Shown here: positions 49,801 through 58,558 of the stretch, piece after piece
How the letters are laid out: each line of letters begins with the position of its first letter
Numbering within the stretch: the stretch's first letter is position 1
IMG/VR virus record: IMGVR_UViG_3300009085_000002
Span: 1-64,000 of that record
Length of the DNA: 64,000 nucleotides
Source: a virus
Strand: one strand, 5' to 3'
Program-made: the position numbers and the translations under genes
The notes under the pieces: generated by a model
What the model was told of the DNA's origin: nothing
Databases searched by the model: none
Seen by the model: the letters and a program-made list of their open reading frames with translations, nothing else

Positions 49801-51840
49801 TTAGAAACTACGTTTAATACTGATTCTAAAGGAGTTGGTAAAAATTTTATAGAAGTACAAACTAAATTAGACAATCTACAAAGTTTAGAAGGAGAGTTTT
49901 CCAATATTAGTAATATAGGAAATTTACTTAATAATTCTATTTCAGGATTTGCAATTACTGAAGGATTATACAATGTTAATAAATACTTTGGAGCTTTAAA
50001 TCCTTTTAATAGTAGAAGTTTTAATAAAGTAGAAGAAGACTTTAAGAAAGCTACAAATAATGTTACTTCTCCAAAGATTAAGCAATTACTTTGGAATGGT
50101 ATGAAAGCTTATCTTTATAATACTACTGGTACAGATCTATATATAAATAATATAGAACAAGAAAGAAAAAGAATCTATTTTGATACTTATAAAAAAGATA
50201 TAAAAGGGCACTACTCTTTAGCTTCTATAGTTAAAGATATACAAGATAAAAAGATAATAAAAAACTATTTATTAAGTTCATTCCAACCACAAATTGAAAA
50301 GAATGGTAATCCTTCTTTATTAAAATTTAATGCAGCACAGGGAGAATTATTTGATGATAGTATTTATTTTCAAGCTTTTTATGACTTATTAAGAAATAAA
50401 TCTTTAGGGATTTATAATGGTAAAGAATATACTACTTTAGATTTAGCAAATGATTTAGTAAGATATACAATGCTAAATGGTAATTTACAAGAATCTAAAG
50501 ATTTTGCAAGATATATTCCTGTTGATTATTTAAAGTTAAACAATCAATTCTTAAATTATCTTAATACTATAAACTTAGAAGATGATTCTAAATTTGGTAT
50601 TATAGAAGGAGGTAAAGATTGGGATATATCTAATTTTACAATTCAATTTATACAACATAATCCTTGGTACATAAACTACGAAGTTACTTCTACAAAAGAG
50701 TTATCTAGTATGGATAATAAATCTTTAACTAGTGTTAAGAAGTTTAAGATAGAAAATATAAAAGATCTTCCAGTATTTGTTAAAATTGCAACTACTAATA
50801 ATACTAAAGGATTTAATATTTATAAATTTAATGGAGAATTTTATGAAAAATTAAATGTTTTGGGTTCTAATTTCTTTACTGAATATAATATGGATAATGA
50901 TAATATACAATCATCTATATATAGGAATTTTGATCCTTTTATACCTAATAAAACTTTAGTACCTAATTCTCCTATTAATCCTATTAATCCTAAAGTATTA
51001 GATAAAAATATAGTTACTGAATTTGGAATTAAGGAAGGTAAAAATATAGAACAAATTATGATTAATATAAGAGATCATACTAGTTCAGATTTTTATAAAC
51101 ACTTAATAGATCATCTACTTAGAAATAAACAGATGATTCAAGATACTATGGTCTTAATAGATTCTAAAGTTATTGAAGCGGCTTCTTATAATTCTAGAGA
51201 TAATTTATTAACAATTAATCCTACTGCACCAGTAAGGAACTTTGAAGATACTTTGATACATGAACTATTACATGCTTATACTTCTAGATTAATTAGGAAT
51301 CCTCAAACTCCTGAACAACAACTAATTGTAATGAGATTACAGAATGTACAGGAGTTATTAAAATCTAAAATAAAAGAAGGTTTTAAAGGATTAAATCAAC
51401 AAGAATTAGAATCTTTTGAAAAGAAACTTAAACAATATAAGATTGATGGTAAAGTTACTTTTACTTCAACCGATTTATCTAAGTATTATGCAACTATTTC
51501 TTTACCCGAGCTAATATCTATGACTATAGCAGACCCTATTACTAGAGATTTAATGAAGGATATAGAAATAGAACCAAATACTTCTTTATTACAGAAAATA
51601 AAAGAAATACTTATAGATCTTTTAAATACTCTAATTTCTAAACCAGAATTTTTAACTAATACTGCTTTTAGTGAAGTGTTAAGTAATACTTTACTGTTAA
51701 CTTCTAAAGAATCTAATCTTATTGAAATTGAAGAAGGTATTAATGAAGAGAATAATTTTGTAGATTACCAAGATGATATTATCTTTACAGAAGAAGAATT
51801 AAATGAGTATGATAGTATGAATAAATGTAAAAAACTTTAA
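40861..51840 (+). CDS. giant virion RNA polymerase (single-chain, two-barrel) with C-terminal zincin motif
   Basis: 3659 aa; catalytic GSDFDVDKLY (~48895-48924), GFRIPTQKHSS, TDAQ, MKPVY, KSSSYPL motifs; IHELLHAYT near the C-terminus. Confidence 0.92.
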   Translation: MPDPKLDIRALEELNNSTQSNDIRQKEFGDEDLKKKNLPKLSQEDFEYLANTQTELEPHKAISRPFLTSKYDEPLQPGESIKDNSWIEKHRANNQPWHHEATNAIAGGITKGVFGAIENMGYLLDFTTQLGYNNILDKAESNAVSDAFRQARLKVDEVLPIYKDNPDTFLDGWRATSDILQNVTEFAIPGGIIAKGIGKGVSLLGKLGRYGNLLANSETATEILSTVPTAYLTNRMESARMAVEDFEQNMQMLSPYIKAGQISSEKAAQIAQDEANKIYMRNLPMMWTDILALKGIIKGSKLTRGAYNKTQKQLNRSLFNKVTEFTGQNALEGLEETYQGIAEREATYNTLKRAGIDPKGIYNGNLGERISNYLGDKSLQYEALLGFMAGGMQRLGAQVVSGGFYSNKDRDRDQQLQNDREELLTSTSSNLQGMLQSFIKKETSKQEAINKGYSHEAELWDDIDYINNITAHLSYGTVDKLESVLDVVEQDGIKSFGEESSLTQEDEPQIKTAARELKDKLRFAEKKWLKYSNLPFKSRVSTVNNEMIYTSLEKVGKGLDSKISEIKDDIRKVIESSNFKEHLGNIKLDEPRKAFLGNKDLNAQYTNFIEQTSNDKITELEQLQQDKAGIENYKRNLRTSISESTTPKAIAKAKREEMNDIEKQKEKIVEETNNLKKEKTRENRSKQEYDNLSSRAPNADNISKLDNIDKEIKSNKFLNSRDKEELFKNIKAQRDHLEKIKTQPKVVSTEEEVTKPSEFTEGFTTLEDMGIEPPTGTNKVKDIQIGNHIAKLNYDNTYSFFRKSKEGKLSLLNNPTVSTIKEAKIVLSELNKELDIKESNNQEELSELLSKQDRNSDPDTYTSESNKSVNSNNTQSELNEGSLKQPGSIFDTNKDDKNSGYSSITQAYNTIAWLGRKYRQETRDNNTVIIDLEDELNESSFKLLMDPDKFLPGSKITLEVEDDDSVPMYDLNLRDFESITTWGEYKKSLMENRVFEDLTNEEKDLYISNIPVRIIDEYNNKLGYIHRTEWSDIDRISGDVELDRKNNLELRKSVYEKSSLNTEITYKSYGSLMSAVDNKKDSLKNRFKDPNLVISVWNHETQSLQLSRDKKYKGHKDDILVNTTLVSGIPYVIAKIQKNTYMGIPVTSSKIKDYNKDLSNSLLKVVDIWTKSNSKQPLIPIEQSLVDQIMDMTNNDVRTFRGFRDFIKIFLKDYNTKGKDLKSFDRNDLKVSDADGIIHFTGNSIEFFTGGLDKVLEIGTNTPINSINNLKLILKNVVDNAYINVNLDYMENNNFYVPFIQENKVIDLNNGKSYKDFLKEVLNTNLLSFNIGTEETPNFIYTTQQVITFDSKLNPISTREENNTITTPQSLITKNVNIENKTKEGFNEFFGKYTASLDDFIDEMPLVTKEEDIEIDDPYIMKGFNFYEQSLIINSSLGTILDFVKAADEQNAGLKVNKTLESYKKSIESVRDDYQEIGNKKMTDFYNKWLNNYDKFSNILKLKFQRLRDVHNKGLIGDIEEILNEDFEDTTTLEKSFNDDFYLTLNKANKTTARFRYFLTGIKRLDKNGNPQLYAPGLYKTVNFDEVFSTLQRLLSNIRSNYNTMYNELLQYKNSIDWMPDFLKKLDKSSERTKKEFAVTMGSSYINMKFSMWSQQGKENYFQTWDANANSTSKFLQQQWKDNIVDTNLIILDPKSTEYKLNESISNKLLEDFNKFKESLVTIDNKDIINWLSNLGINVSDGVIKHIRTNNIRIQTSESNKVGVKLSWDQQFETSGIFGNLNEKLKTLLKQQKDGEEINFTDLFNGRPINTFARIIASIEDIISPNSFVIANKTYYPFSLTKFLTDRTRDILEDKMVINALLNNSYSKDSLLLNRMVSRDKGGNIEFLDSSIRKVFDIQYTSPEALRKISDKEGRKDEINEFTPQELEAFQANLFFDTRSKLNNGKDRKVIITLPPLSDKHNLMLLETIAYRPSYIESKAQLSNSDLQVLYSQLVLPDLRRMLVEKENLPDIDKYKEGQNLFYLFPELNKFDEFFDNNGKIVDDILDPNKDYISKIKSILNDFYIKEANTIVNKWKEFGLITKDSRYLNEQYFKENLDNKEFDEQNFLAALDYSINHAIMKSNIYQLYVGDIAQYYKSSKSKSKLDQVKDTIDNVGKRLAGLNATGIDLTNNDENTFDILIAKDISTTSFNIEQLSNTLYNKSFTRQQLLQMNKKTLESEYPYLYPYVYINSTDAQELTTWRDHLYIMNQRGLLDEEVYKEIYDKLEQGKELTSEQLGTVMQPMKPVYFGDVYGENPQFLRKLYVKSSSYPLLSQLTKGTNLDNLRIKLEDYEKETKRNIRVAYESAVKVGSIKNKATLFNEDGIFNEKLDINNHVIKNVPRRHFKIQQDIPYNEAKKEISMGTQGSKLLFDTVRFIKDKVFNGKTGTELYSNYLQLHKELLKIGQKELEDKLNYNSSTGTINIKKLQELLLNEAIERGFSINEIKGLGLKNNKFVIPPYLSGNWKKYQALLTSLVTNKIIKQQFPGIAVVLGSETGYKIKEGTEETINSYNIVYTNKDIKFLKPIRLVKKDIYEKSKVEEEPSKQDLNNGNYITLGSQVILPWRFKDNEGNLINIQDYLNEDNTLNLDKIDPKLLEWIGFRIPTQKHSSMTKIEVVGFLPNLSGDLIIASQDLVAQMGSDFDVDKLYMYRYNYMVEDGILKVGVNDENAKKINQNKIIDIYHQVLSNKEIVKKMMKPLDYGKLKELSDKYKSFIKEDSYNPLSPLWNMDKFFQANSGGKLGVASFALTSVLNAQAQGLNLQFLKDDGSPFEINFGDFKSNGTISGEHVIGDNTRSISDVISAYLSSSVDNEKERILEKLNINNHTFPIIKVLTLMGFDEDVVIPFINQPIIKQYINEVFKLNSKFSQVKGKIGKIAFDNIINSDTYKTNTSIKDLEAISDIGPIEMVKFLTMENPPKDIQIGLLRKFKKIEVLGETLQRLETTFNTDSKGVGKNFIEVQTKLDNLQSLEGEFSNISNIGNLLNNSISGFAITEGLYNVNKYFGALNPFNSRSFNKVEEDFKKATNNVTSPKIKQLLWNGMKAYLYNTTGTDLYINNIEQERKRIYFDTYKKDIKGHYSLASIVKDIQDKKIIKNYLLSSFQPQIEKNGNPSLLKFNAAQGELFDDSIYFQAFYDLLRNKSLGIYNGKEYTTLDLANDLVRYTMLNGNLQESKDFARYIPVDYLKLNNQFLNYLNTINLEDDSKFGIIEGGKDWDISNFTIQFIQHNPWYINYEVTSTKELSSMDNKSLTSVKKFKIENIKDLPVFVKIATTNNTKGFNIYKFNGEFYEKLNVLGSNFFTEYNMDNDNIQSSIYRNFDPFIPNKTLVPNSPINPINPKVLDKNIVTEFGIKEGKNIEQIMINIRDHTSSDFYKHLIDHLLRNKQMIQDTMVLIDSKVIEAASYNSRDNLLTINPTAPVRNFEDTLIHELLHAYTSRLIRNPQTPEQQLIVMRLQNVQELLKSKIKEGFKGLNQQELESFEKKLKQYKIDGKVTFTSTDLSKYYATISLPELISMTIADPITRDLMKDIEIEPNTSLLQKIKEILIDLLNTLISKPEFLTNTAFSEVLSNTLLLTSKESNLIEIEEGINEENNFVDYQDDIIFTEEELNEYDSMNKCKKL

Positions 51841-51842
51841 TT

Positions 51843-54800
51843 ATGATATGTCCAAATTTTAATGATAAAAAAGTTAAAGAAGAATTTACTGAATTAGTAA
51901 ATGTTTTAGGTGAAAAGGTTGCATATCATGTATGGAATTTAAATAATGGATATCATTTAGATAAAGCTTCTAATGGTAAAGATAGTAAATTATTTAATGA
52001 TCTACTTAAATTATATAAAGATAATAGAAGCTTAGCAATTACAAGTAAAGCAAAATATTATTCAAGTAATATAAATTCTAAAATAAGTAAATCTGATGTA
52101 GATGAGAATAATGAACCTATATTAGAAGAGTTAAAAGAAGATAATATAAAAGATTTACTTCCCAAAACTTTAGTAAATGATAAAAAATTTACTATAGTGG
52201 AAGATAAAACTTTACTAGAAATTAGATCATTAAAAAGAAAGAGAGCTAAACTTAGAAGAGAAAGTAAAGATATACAAAATAGAGATGATATAAATAAACA
52301 GATATTAAAAATAGATCAATTAATAGAAGAAAAAGAAGATGATATTAAGAATATTAGAAGTATGGAAGCTATTAGTGATCTTGAAGATATTAAGAATAGA
52401 GATTTTAAGTTAATAGATTCTTACTTAGAACATTCTACTGAATTAGACTTTGATGATCTGGATTATATTAAGAATATAATTAAATTCTGGCAAAAAGCTG
52501 GAGATTTTACTAATGGCAGAAATCATATATTCTTTGATGAATATGATTTAAATAAATTAGAATTGGTACACAAATTTCAGTCTTGGAAGAATAATGCAGA
52601 TTTGTACTATGACAAATTAACAGATATATTAAAAGCTAAAATAGAACTATTTGTTAATAAACAGTTTCCAAATGCCAATTTGACAACTGATGATATATTT
52701 AAAATTACTAAAGATATAGGATGGTTTACTGCACAAACTATGGATATTAGTGAAATTAATAATATAATGCTTCAAGCAACCCATCAGGCAGTTAAGATAG
52801 AAAATAATAGAGCTTTTAATGAGTTTAAAGAAAGAACTGAAGAGTTAGATAAATTATATGATAAAGCTAAAAAAGCTGGAACTTCTTTATATGGTAATAA
52901 TTGGAAAGATTTATTTAGACAAGAAGATGAAAATGGTTTTGAAACTGGGGGATTAACTTATAGAATTTCTCAGAAGTTTTGGGATAACAGAATGGAATTT
53001 TATAAGAAAACTAGAGGAGTATCTTTTAATAAAGCAGTACAAGCTAAATTAACTTGGAGAAAAAATAATGAAATATTCTTTGACCCTAGAATATTATTTC
53101 CAGATCTAGAAATATATAATAAACAATATTCAGAAGAATCTAAGACTAAATTAGAGGATGAATTAAAAGAAGTATTAGGCTCTGATTATGATAAATATTA
53201 TAATAAAGCTAAAGAAGCCATAGAAACTTTTAAAGAGTATAGAAAAGCTTCATTTGATTATATAGAATCTGTTGGAGAAAATATTGAGAATGCAAAAGAG
53301 ATATGGAATGCAGAACATTCTCCATATTATTATATGGATAATATAGATGGAGAAAAATATCAAAATAAATATGCTATAAGTGCTGAGGAATTTATAAAAG
53401 CTATACCCCAAGATAAAAATGGATATTATGATGAGAAGTATAAAAAGATAGAAAGAAATATAGATATAAAAAACTATCATTCTTTTATATCAGATATTTT
53501 AGTTACTTTAAAAAATATAGTACCTCCTGAAGTATCTAAAGATATACATATTAATAGTTTACCTATACTAGATAAAGGTATAACAGAAGAATTTTCTGCA
53601 AATGGTATGCAATTAGGTATTAAACCTTTTTGGAATAAATTACAAGATAATTTAGCAAAAGCAACTAGAGAATCTGGATTAGAGGTAGGTTTAAATATTC
53701 CTAGAAATGTAGAGGGTGAAGAAATAAAAGAAGTTAAGTTTAATATTCCTATGAATATTAAATCTATAGTTGATAGAAAAATTGAATTAGAAAAAATTAA
53801 ATGGGAAAATGAGAATGGAGAATTACCTTCAGAAGAGTGGGAATCTTTAAGAAGGAAAGAACTAACAGATCAAATAAGTAAGAGTAAGAGTTGGGATTTA
53901 CCCGCATTGATAAAATTCTATACTATGGCTGCCGTAACTTATAAACATAAACATTTAGTAGAAGATCCTATTAAAGCTATTAAGAGTATTATAGCTGAAA
54001 GTAAAGGAGAAGTTACCAATAGGACAGGTATACCAGTTCAAAGAAGAGATGGTAAAACAATAGATAATAAAGATCTTAAACATCTTAAAGATCAGTTTGA
54101 TTATTACTTTCAGAATTTCTTAGGTGAACCTGGTAAATCTCCAGAAGGAATTTCTGAGACAAAGAAAGTTTATACTACTGAAGAAAAACAGTTACTTGAA
54201 GATTATAATACAGAATTAAAAACTTTAGAAGATAGATACAATAAAGGAGAATTTAATAATAGAGAAGATTTATATGTTGCACATAAGAATATTTTAGAAG
54301 AAAGAATAAAACATTTAGGAGGTAAAAGATCCACTGGTAAATATGGTGATATGATTCTTAAGTATTATCAACTTAAAGTTATGGGTTGGAATGTTAAAGC
54401 TGGTATTGCTAATATGGGATTTGGATTATTATCTAATTTAGTGCAAGGTGCAGAAGGAAGACTCTATACTAATGGATCTTTATTTAAAGCTTATAATATA
54501 GTATTTAAGAATTCTTTATTGGGTAGAATATTACCTAGTGATAGTAAAATGAAGAAAAAAGTTAGAGCTTTAATGGAAAAATTTGATGTATTAAAAGATG
54601 CATCACAAGAACTTTTCTTTAGTAGAACTCCTTCTAATGTATCTATTAAACTTAAAAAATTAGCTCCTTATGAAATAACTAAATCTACTGAATATATTAA
54701 TCAAGCTCCTATAATGATTGCTGTATTGATGGATACTAAAGTAGGAGATAAGTCTTTATGGGATTTATATGATGAAAATGGGAATTTAACTGAAAAAATA

Positions 54801-55631
54801 GATGAATCTATTATAGACCAGGTTAAAGTTAAAATTGATAAAACTAATAAGATAAATCATGGTAACTATGATAGTTTAGATTCTCCATTAATGGCTAAAA
54901 AAACTTGGATAGGTAGAGCAGCATTACAATTTAGAGTATGGGCATTAATGGGCTTTTCTAATAGATTTAGGAAAGAATATCCTGATTATCAATTAGGTAT
55001 ACAAAGAAAAGGTAGATATAGATCTGTTATAGATATATTTGGTAAGACTAGACCAGAACAATATTCTATAAATAGGGCAGGTAAATATAAAAATTTACTA
55101 GCAACAATGGATGTACTAAAAGTTAATTTACAGTATCTTATAAAGAAGTTAAGCTTTAACAAAATATACTCTGGGTTAACTTTTGAAGATGAAGGATTTA
55201 CTGAAGTAGACGCTGCAAACATGAGAGCAAATTTAACTGAACTTATTATCTATGCTTCTATGTATGGGTTTGGCGCATTAATTTCAGCAATTGCTTATGA
55301 TGATGAAGATAAAGAAGAAATGAATGCTAGAATTGCAATGGCAAACTTTTTAATGAATTCTTTATCTAGAGTTGAATCAGATGTTATGTATTATATATCT
55401 CCAGTTCAGATGGAACAATTACAGAAAAATCCTATAGCAGTTGCAGGTCTAGTAGAAGATACTTATAAAATAGTAGAAGGATTCCAAAGGTTAATTAATG
55501 GAGAAGATATAATTAAATCTGGCCCAGATAAAGATAGAAGTTTCTTATTAAGAGAAACTTTAGACTGGTTACCTTTAGGATCTCAAGTAAATAGAACAGT
55601 AAAATCTATGCAAGAAAGATTCAATCAATAA
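51843..55631 (+). CDS. large ejected virion protein
   Basis: 1262 aa; MICPN N-terminus; INHGNY...GRAALQFRVW...GRYRS motif; last gene of the cargo operon. Confidence 0.7.
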   Translation: MICPNFNDKKVKEEFTELVNVLGEKVAYHVWNLNNGYHLDKASNGKDSKLFNDLLKLYKDNRSLAITSKAKYYSSNINSKISKSDVDENNEPILEELKEDNIKDLLPKTLVNDKKFTIVEDKTLLEIRSLKRKRAKLRRESKDIQNRDDINKQILKIDQLIEEKEDDIKNIRSMEAISDLEDIKNRDFKLIDSYLEHSTELDFDDLDYIKNIIKFWQKAGDFTNGRNHIFFDEYDLNKLELVHKFQSWKNNADLYYDKLTDILKAKIELFVNKQFPNANLTTDDIFKITKDIGWFTAQTMDISEINNIMLQATHQAVKIENNRAFNEFKERTEELDKLYDKAKKAGTSLYGNNWKDLFRQEDENGFETGGLTYRISQKFWDNRMEFYKKTRGVSFNKAVQAKLTWRKNNEIFFDPRILFPDLEIYNKQYSEESKTKLEDELKEVLGSDYDKYYNKAKEAIETFKEYRKASFDYIESVGENIENAKEIWNAEHSPYYYMDNIDGEKYQNKYAISAEEFIKAIPQDKNGYYDEKYKKIERNIDIKNYHSFISDILVTLKNIVPPEVSKDIHINSLPILDKGITEEFSANGMQLGIKPFWNKLQDNLAKATRESGLEVGLNIPRNVEGEEIKEVKFNIPMNIKSIVDRKIELEKIKWENENGELPSEEWESLRRKELTDQISKSKSWDLPALIKFYTMAAVTYKHKHLVEDPIKAIKSIIAESKGEVTNRTGIPVQRRDGKTIDNKDLKHLKDQFDYYFQNFLGEPGKSPEGISETKKVYTTEEKQLLEDYNTELKTLEDRYNKGEFNNREDLYVAHKNILEERIKHLGGKRSTGKYGDMILKYYQLKVMGWNVKAGIANMGFGLLSNLVQGAEGRLYTNGSLFKAYNIVFKNSLLGRILPSDSKMKKKVRALMEKFDVLKDASQELFFSRTPSNVSIKLKKLAPYEITKSTEYINQAPIMIAVLMDTKVGDKSLWDLYDENGNLTEKIDESIIDQVKVKIDKTNKINHGNYDSLDSPLMAKKTWIGRAALQFRVWALMGFSNRFRKEYPDYQLGIQRKGRYRSVIDIFGKTRPEQYSINRAGKYKNLLATMDVLKVNLQYLIKKLSFNKIYSGLTFEDEGFTEVDAANMRANLTELIIYASMYGFGALISAIAYDDEDKEEMNARIAMANFLMNSLSRVESDVMYYISPVQMEQLQKNPIAVAGLVEDTYKIVEGFQRLINGEDIIKSGPDKDRSFLLRETLDWLPLGSQVNRTVKSMQERFNQ

Positions 55632-55641
55632 TACAGATAGT

Positions 55642-55677
55642 AAAAAAAAATAAGTCCTCAATTAAGAGGACTTTTTA
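55642..55677. terminator. bidirectional terminator between converging late and replication blocks
   Basis: A9-tract, AAGTCCTC-AATTAA-GAGGACTT, T-run. Confidence 0.85.
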
Positions 55678-55684
55678 GTTATTA

Positions 55685-55852
55685 TTATTTATATTTTCTT
55701 AAAATATCTTGAATTGATTTAAGTTTATAAGGTAATTTACTTTGTAAAGTTAATAGATGAAACTGTGCTGACATTGCTAAATAAGTGTCCTTTAATGCTT
55801 CATTAATTTCATCTACAAGGGCACTTATTTTTTTAATGTCATCTTGTTTCAT
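55685..55852 (-). CDS. small hypothetical protein (55 aa, not in ORF track)
   Basis: MKQDDIKKISALVDEINEALKDTYLAMSAQF...LRKYK*. Confidence 0.55.
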   Translation of the reverse strand: MKQDDIKKISALVDEINEALKDTYLAMSAQFHLLTLQSKLPYKLKSIQDILRKYK

Positions 55853-55866
55853 AATTAATTTTAATT

Positions 55867-56355
55867 TTATTTTATTCTACCACATACTCTATGTGCTACA
55901 TAATACTTAGATTTAAGGTTTATATAGAAAAACCAAATATTTTGATTAGTTATATTACAATTTTTTAAGAACTCATAGATTTCTTTAGTTAAATTTGCTC
56001 TTAATAGGTATAACCATTTCCATTCATAACAAATAGATAATTTATCTGCATAACATAATTTAGATGGATTTACTTTATCTTCTATTGAATAATACCTAGA
56101 ATGATATTTAATAAAATTATACCATTTTTTTCCAAATATACCTATTATTTTAGCACCTAATAAAGGATGTGTTTTTCCTTCCTGCCCATCTATATTAGAT
56201 TTTCCCCAATAACCTAAATCATGAATAAAAATTGCTATCCATATCCTAGGATCATAAGGAAATCCATATAATTTAATCCAAGCTATTAATACAAATATAG
56301 GATGTATAAAAAAACAATGTACACCGAATAGAATTGATTTTGTACCTATTTTCAT
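55867..56355 (-). CDS. HD-domain phosphohydrolase-like protein
   Basis: H...IFIHDLG...HPLLGA...HSR...ADKL. Confidence 0.7.
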   Translation of the reverse strand: MKIGTKSILFGVHCFFIHPIFVLIAWIKLYGFPYDPRIWIAIFIHDLGYWGKSNIDGQEGKTHPLLGAKIIGIFGKKWYNFIKYHSRYYSIEDKVNPSKLCYADKLSICYEWKWLYLLRANLTKEIYEFLKNCNITNQNIWFFYINLKSKYYVAHRVCGRIK

Positions 56356-56438
56356 TATATTTATAAAATTTGTTACTAAATCGGTTTAGTTCTTATTAGT
56401 TTAATTGTAAGTACCTAAATGAATACTTTATATTACTT

Positions 56439-56762
56439 TTATATCTTTTTTAAACATTCCATAGATAATCTATGATAAAAGTTGTTTATTTCTTTTTTAT
56501 CTAAAGTATTATTTAATAAGTCACTCAATTCATTTGTGATATTCATGGTAAACGCATCAATACTAACAGATTGAGATCCTGAAAGAATATATTCTGATAT
56601 ATCTTTGTTAGATATATTAATCTTAGTTATTTTAAACCCAGCAGGAATGGGCTCAACTTCATTAACTTCTTTTATAAAATTATTTATAGGAGGATCATAT
56701 TCTCCAGTAATTAAAAAATTACTATCTCCTAGAATAATACTTACTACAACTTCTTTTTGCAT
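56439..56762 (-). CDS. hypothetical protein
   Basis: 107-aa ORF. Confidence 0.65.
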   Translation of the reverse strand: MQKEVVVSIILGDSNFLITGEYDPPINNFIKEVNEVEPIPAGFKITKINISNKDISEYILSGSQSVSIDAFTMNITNELSDLLNNTLDKKEINNFYHRLSMECLKKI

Positions 56763-56932
56763 AAATTAATTATTATTGTTTTTCTAATATTTTTTGAACT
56801 GGTGTAAAATATAACCCAATAACCTTTTTTAATTTTATAAAAGGAAAATTTAAATAAAACTTTTAATGAAGAATATATAAAACCTATTAAGGATAGTATT
56901 CCACAAATTATTAATATAGTGACTTTATCCAT
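56744..56932 (-). CDS. small membrane protein
   Basis: N-terminal TM. Confidence 0.55.
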   Translation of the reverse strand: MDKVTILIICGILSLIGFIYSSLKVLFKFSFYKIKKGYWVIFYTSSKNIRKTIIINLCKKKL

Positions 56933-56934
56933 TT

Positions 56935-57648
56935 TTAATTAATTAGAGGAGTTATGAAATTATGTAGATCTATATGTTTTTGTATAAACGTAATAGGATG
57001 AGTTAATTTTAAAGATTCTGTAATATGATTATACATATCCCACATAGTATATTCTCTATCAGTTATTTTCCTAAAATTAGTTGAATTATATAACTGATCT
57101 TTTATACAATTTAATTGAATTGAATTAATAATATTTTCTTCTAGAAACATTCTACCTATTAATTCTGCATTAATTTTAGAATTAATAGCTACATTATCCA
57201 TTTTATTTTTATCTTGTAGTAATCTTTCAAATGTTTCTTGAATACTTTCAATACCTATTCTTATTTTTTCTTTAGCAATTTCATTAGCATTTCCAGTATG
57301 TTTTCTTTTCAGATTAATTTCTCCACAGATCATTCCATTTGTACATGCATATACAACTGCACCAACTGCAAGTCCAAAGCTCATAGATTTATCATAAGAA
57401 TTTTTAAATCCTAGTCTCATACCAATGTTAGAATTACTTGATTGAATATCAAATAAACCTATAAATTTATCTCCTTCTAAAGTAGATTTATAATTTTCAT
57501 TTAGAATAATTAAATTATTTTTATGGCATTCTTCTTCAATTAAATTTAGTATAAATTCATTTGGTATAGGAGTATATGTATTTGTTTTCTCTGGTAAAGG
57601 TGCATTTAATAAAATATCCCTATCTGGAATTAAATTTAATTTTATCAT
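56935..57648 (-). CDS. DUF932/DUF945-like protein
   Basis: GFKNSYDKSMSFGLAVGAVVYACTNGMI...KHTG; TMWDMYNHITESLK. Confidence 0.8.
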   Translation of the reverse strand: MIKLNLIPDRDILLNAPLPEKTNTYTPIPNEFILNLIEEECHKNNLIILNENYKSTLEGDKFIGLFDIQSSNSNIGMRLGFKNSYDKSMSFGLAVGAVVYACTNGMICGEINLKRKHTGNANEIAKEKIRIGIESIQETFERLLQDKNKMDNVAINSKINAELIGRMFLEENIINSIQLNCIKDQLYNSTNFRKITDREYTMWDMYNHITESLKLTHPITFIQKHIDLHNFITPLIN

Positions 57649-57674
57649 ATTTTCTATAATATTTAAGTTATAAA

Positions 57675-58052
57675 TTAACGATATACTTCAATAATAGCAT
57701 CTGGATTTTCTTTGCAGGCTTTTAAATATTTCTCAACCCAAGGAATAAAATTATCATAAGTTCCCCACCCATTTGGTGAATTAAATTTTTTGAATCTTTC
57801 AGGGTCTTTTATCATTAAAGTTAGGCCAATAGATAATTTTTTAATTATGTCCTTTGCTTTTACTACTCCAACTTCTTCTGGTCTCCATAATATTTCATAA
57901 ATTCCAGCTTCACTAGCCATTTTATATAAGTTGTGTGTAATATTAGCTTCAAATATAGTTTCTTTTTCAATCTTAAAATCTTCATGACCACACTCAGTAC
58001 AAATAAAGGTAACTATTTTTCTTTCTTCAACTAGATAAACACTTAAGCTCAT
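57675..58052 (-). CDS. conserved phage protein with N-terminal Zn finger
   Basis: CTECGH; ANITHNLYKMA; NGWGTY. Confidence 0.75.
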   Translation of the reverse strand: MSLSVYLVEERKIVTFICTECGHEDFKIEKETIFEANITHNLYKMASEAGIYEILWRPEEVGVVKAKDIIKKLSIGLTLMIKDPERFKKFNSPNGWGTYDNFIPWVEKYLKACKENPDAIIEVYR

Positions 58053-58058
58053 ATTTAT

Positions 58059-58229
58059 TTATTTTTCTATAATTTCATATTCAAATGATATATCTTCTTC
58101 TGTTATATCTACAATAGACTCTTTTATACTTTTTAAATCTTCTTGTTCTATATCTGATAAGCTATAAATCATTTCTTTTCTTTTTAAATCCATAAGTTCC
58201 TCTAGTGGAACTAATACATATTTTGTCAT
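58059..58229 (-). CDS. small acidic protein (56 aa, not in ORF track)
   Basis: ATGA overlap with the 58226 stop; MTKYVLVPLEEL...FEYEIIEK*. Confidence 0.6.
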   Translation of the reverse strand: MTKYVLVPLEELMDLKRKEMIYSLSDIEQEDLKSIKESIVDITEEDISFEYEIIEK

Positions 58230-58540
58230 ATATTTTTAGATTTTTTTAATTTAGTTAATTCTTTAATATGGTATTCTAACCACTTTATTCTAATTTCTTT
58301 ATTATTTGGATCCCAATAAAAAAGATTATAAGTAGGATCATAAAATATACCTTTCTTTGGCTCATGTAATTCTATGAAGTTATATAAATTTTGTTTTTCA
58401 TTATAATCAATAATACCTACGAAACATATACCTGAAATATAACAGCATAATCCATTTTTTTCATATGGCATATTTTTTTCATGCTTTAATGCTTTAACTA
58501 CTATTTTTAATAAAGTTAAAATACTTCTTTTTCTTGCCAT
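58226..58540 (-). CDS. hypothetical protein
   Basis: GLC...YW...RIKWL pattern. Confidence 0.7.
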   Translation of the reverse strand: MARKRSILTLLKIVVKALKHEKNMPYEKNGLCCYISGICFVGIIDYNEKQNLYNFIELHEPKKGIFYDPTYNLFYWDPNNKEIRIKWLEYHIKELTKLKKSKNI

Positions 58541-58558
58541 CTTTATAATTTTAAATTA

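Noticed and set aside
17097-55222. Minus-strand ORFs inside the late genes (17097, 18463, 20342, 21901, 23344, 24145, 29331, 29933, 30811, 30963, 42756, 45846, 49179, 49638, 53250, 54989)
   Set aside because: Antisense shadows of long, motif-bearing plus-strand genes with S/L/I/F-biased composition
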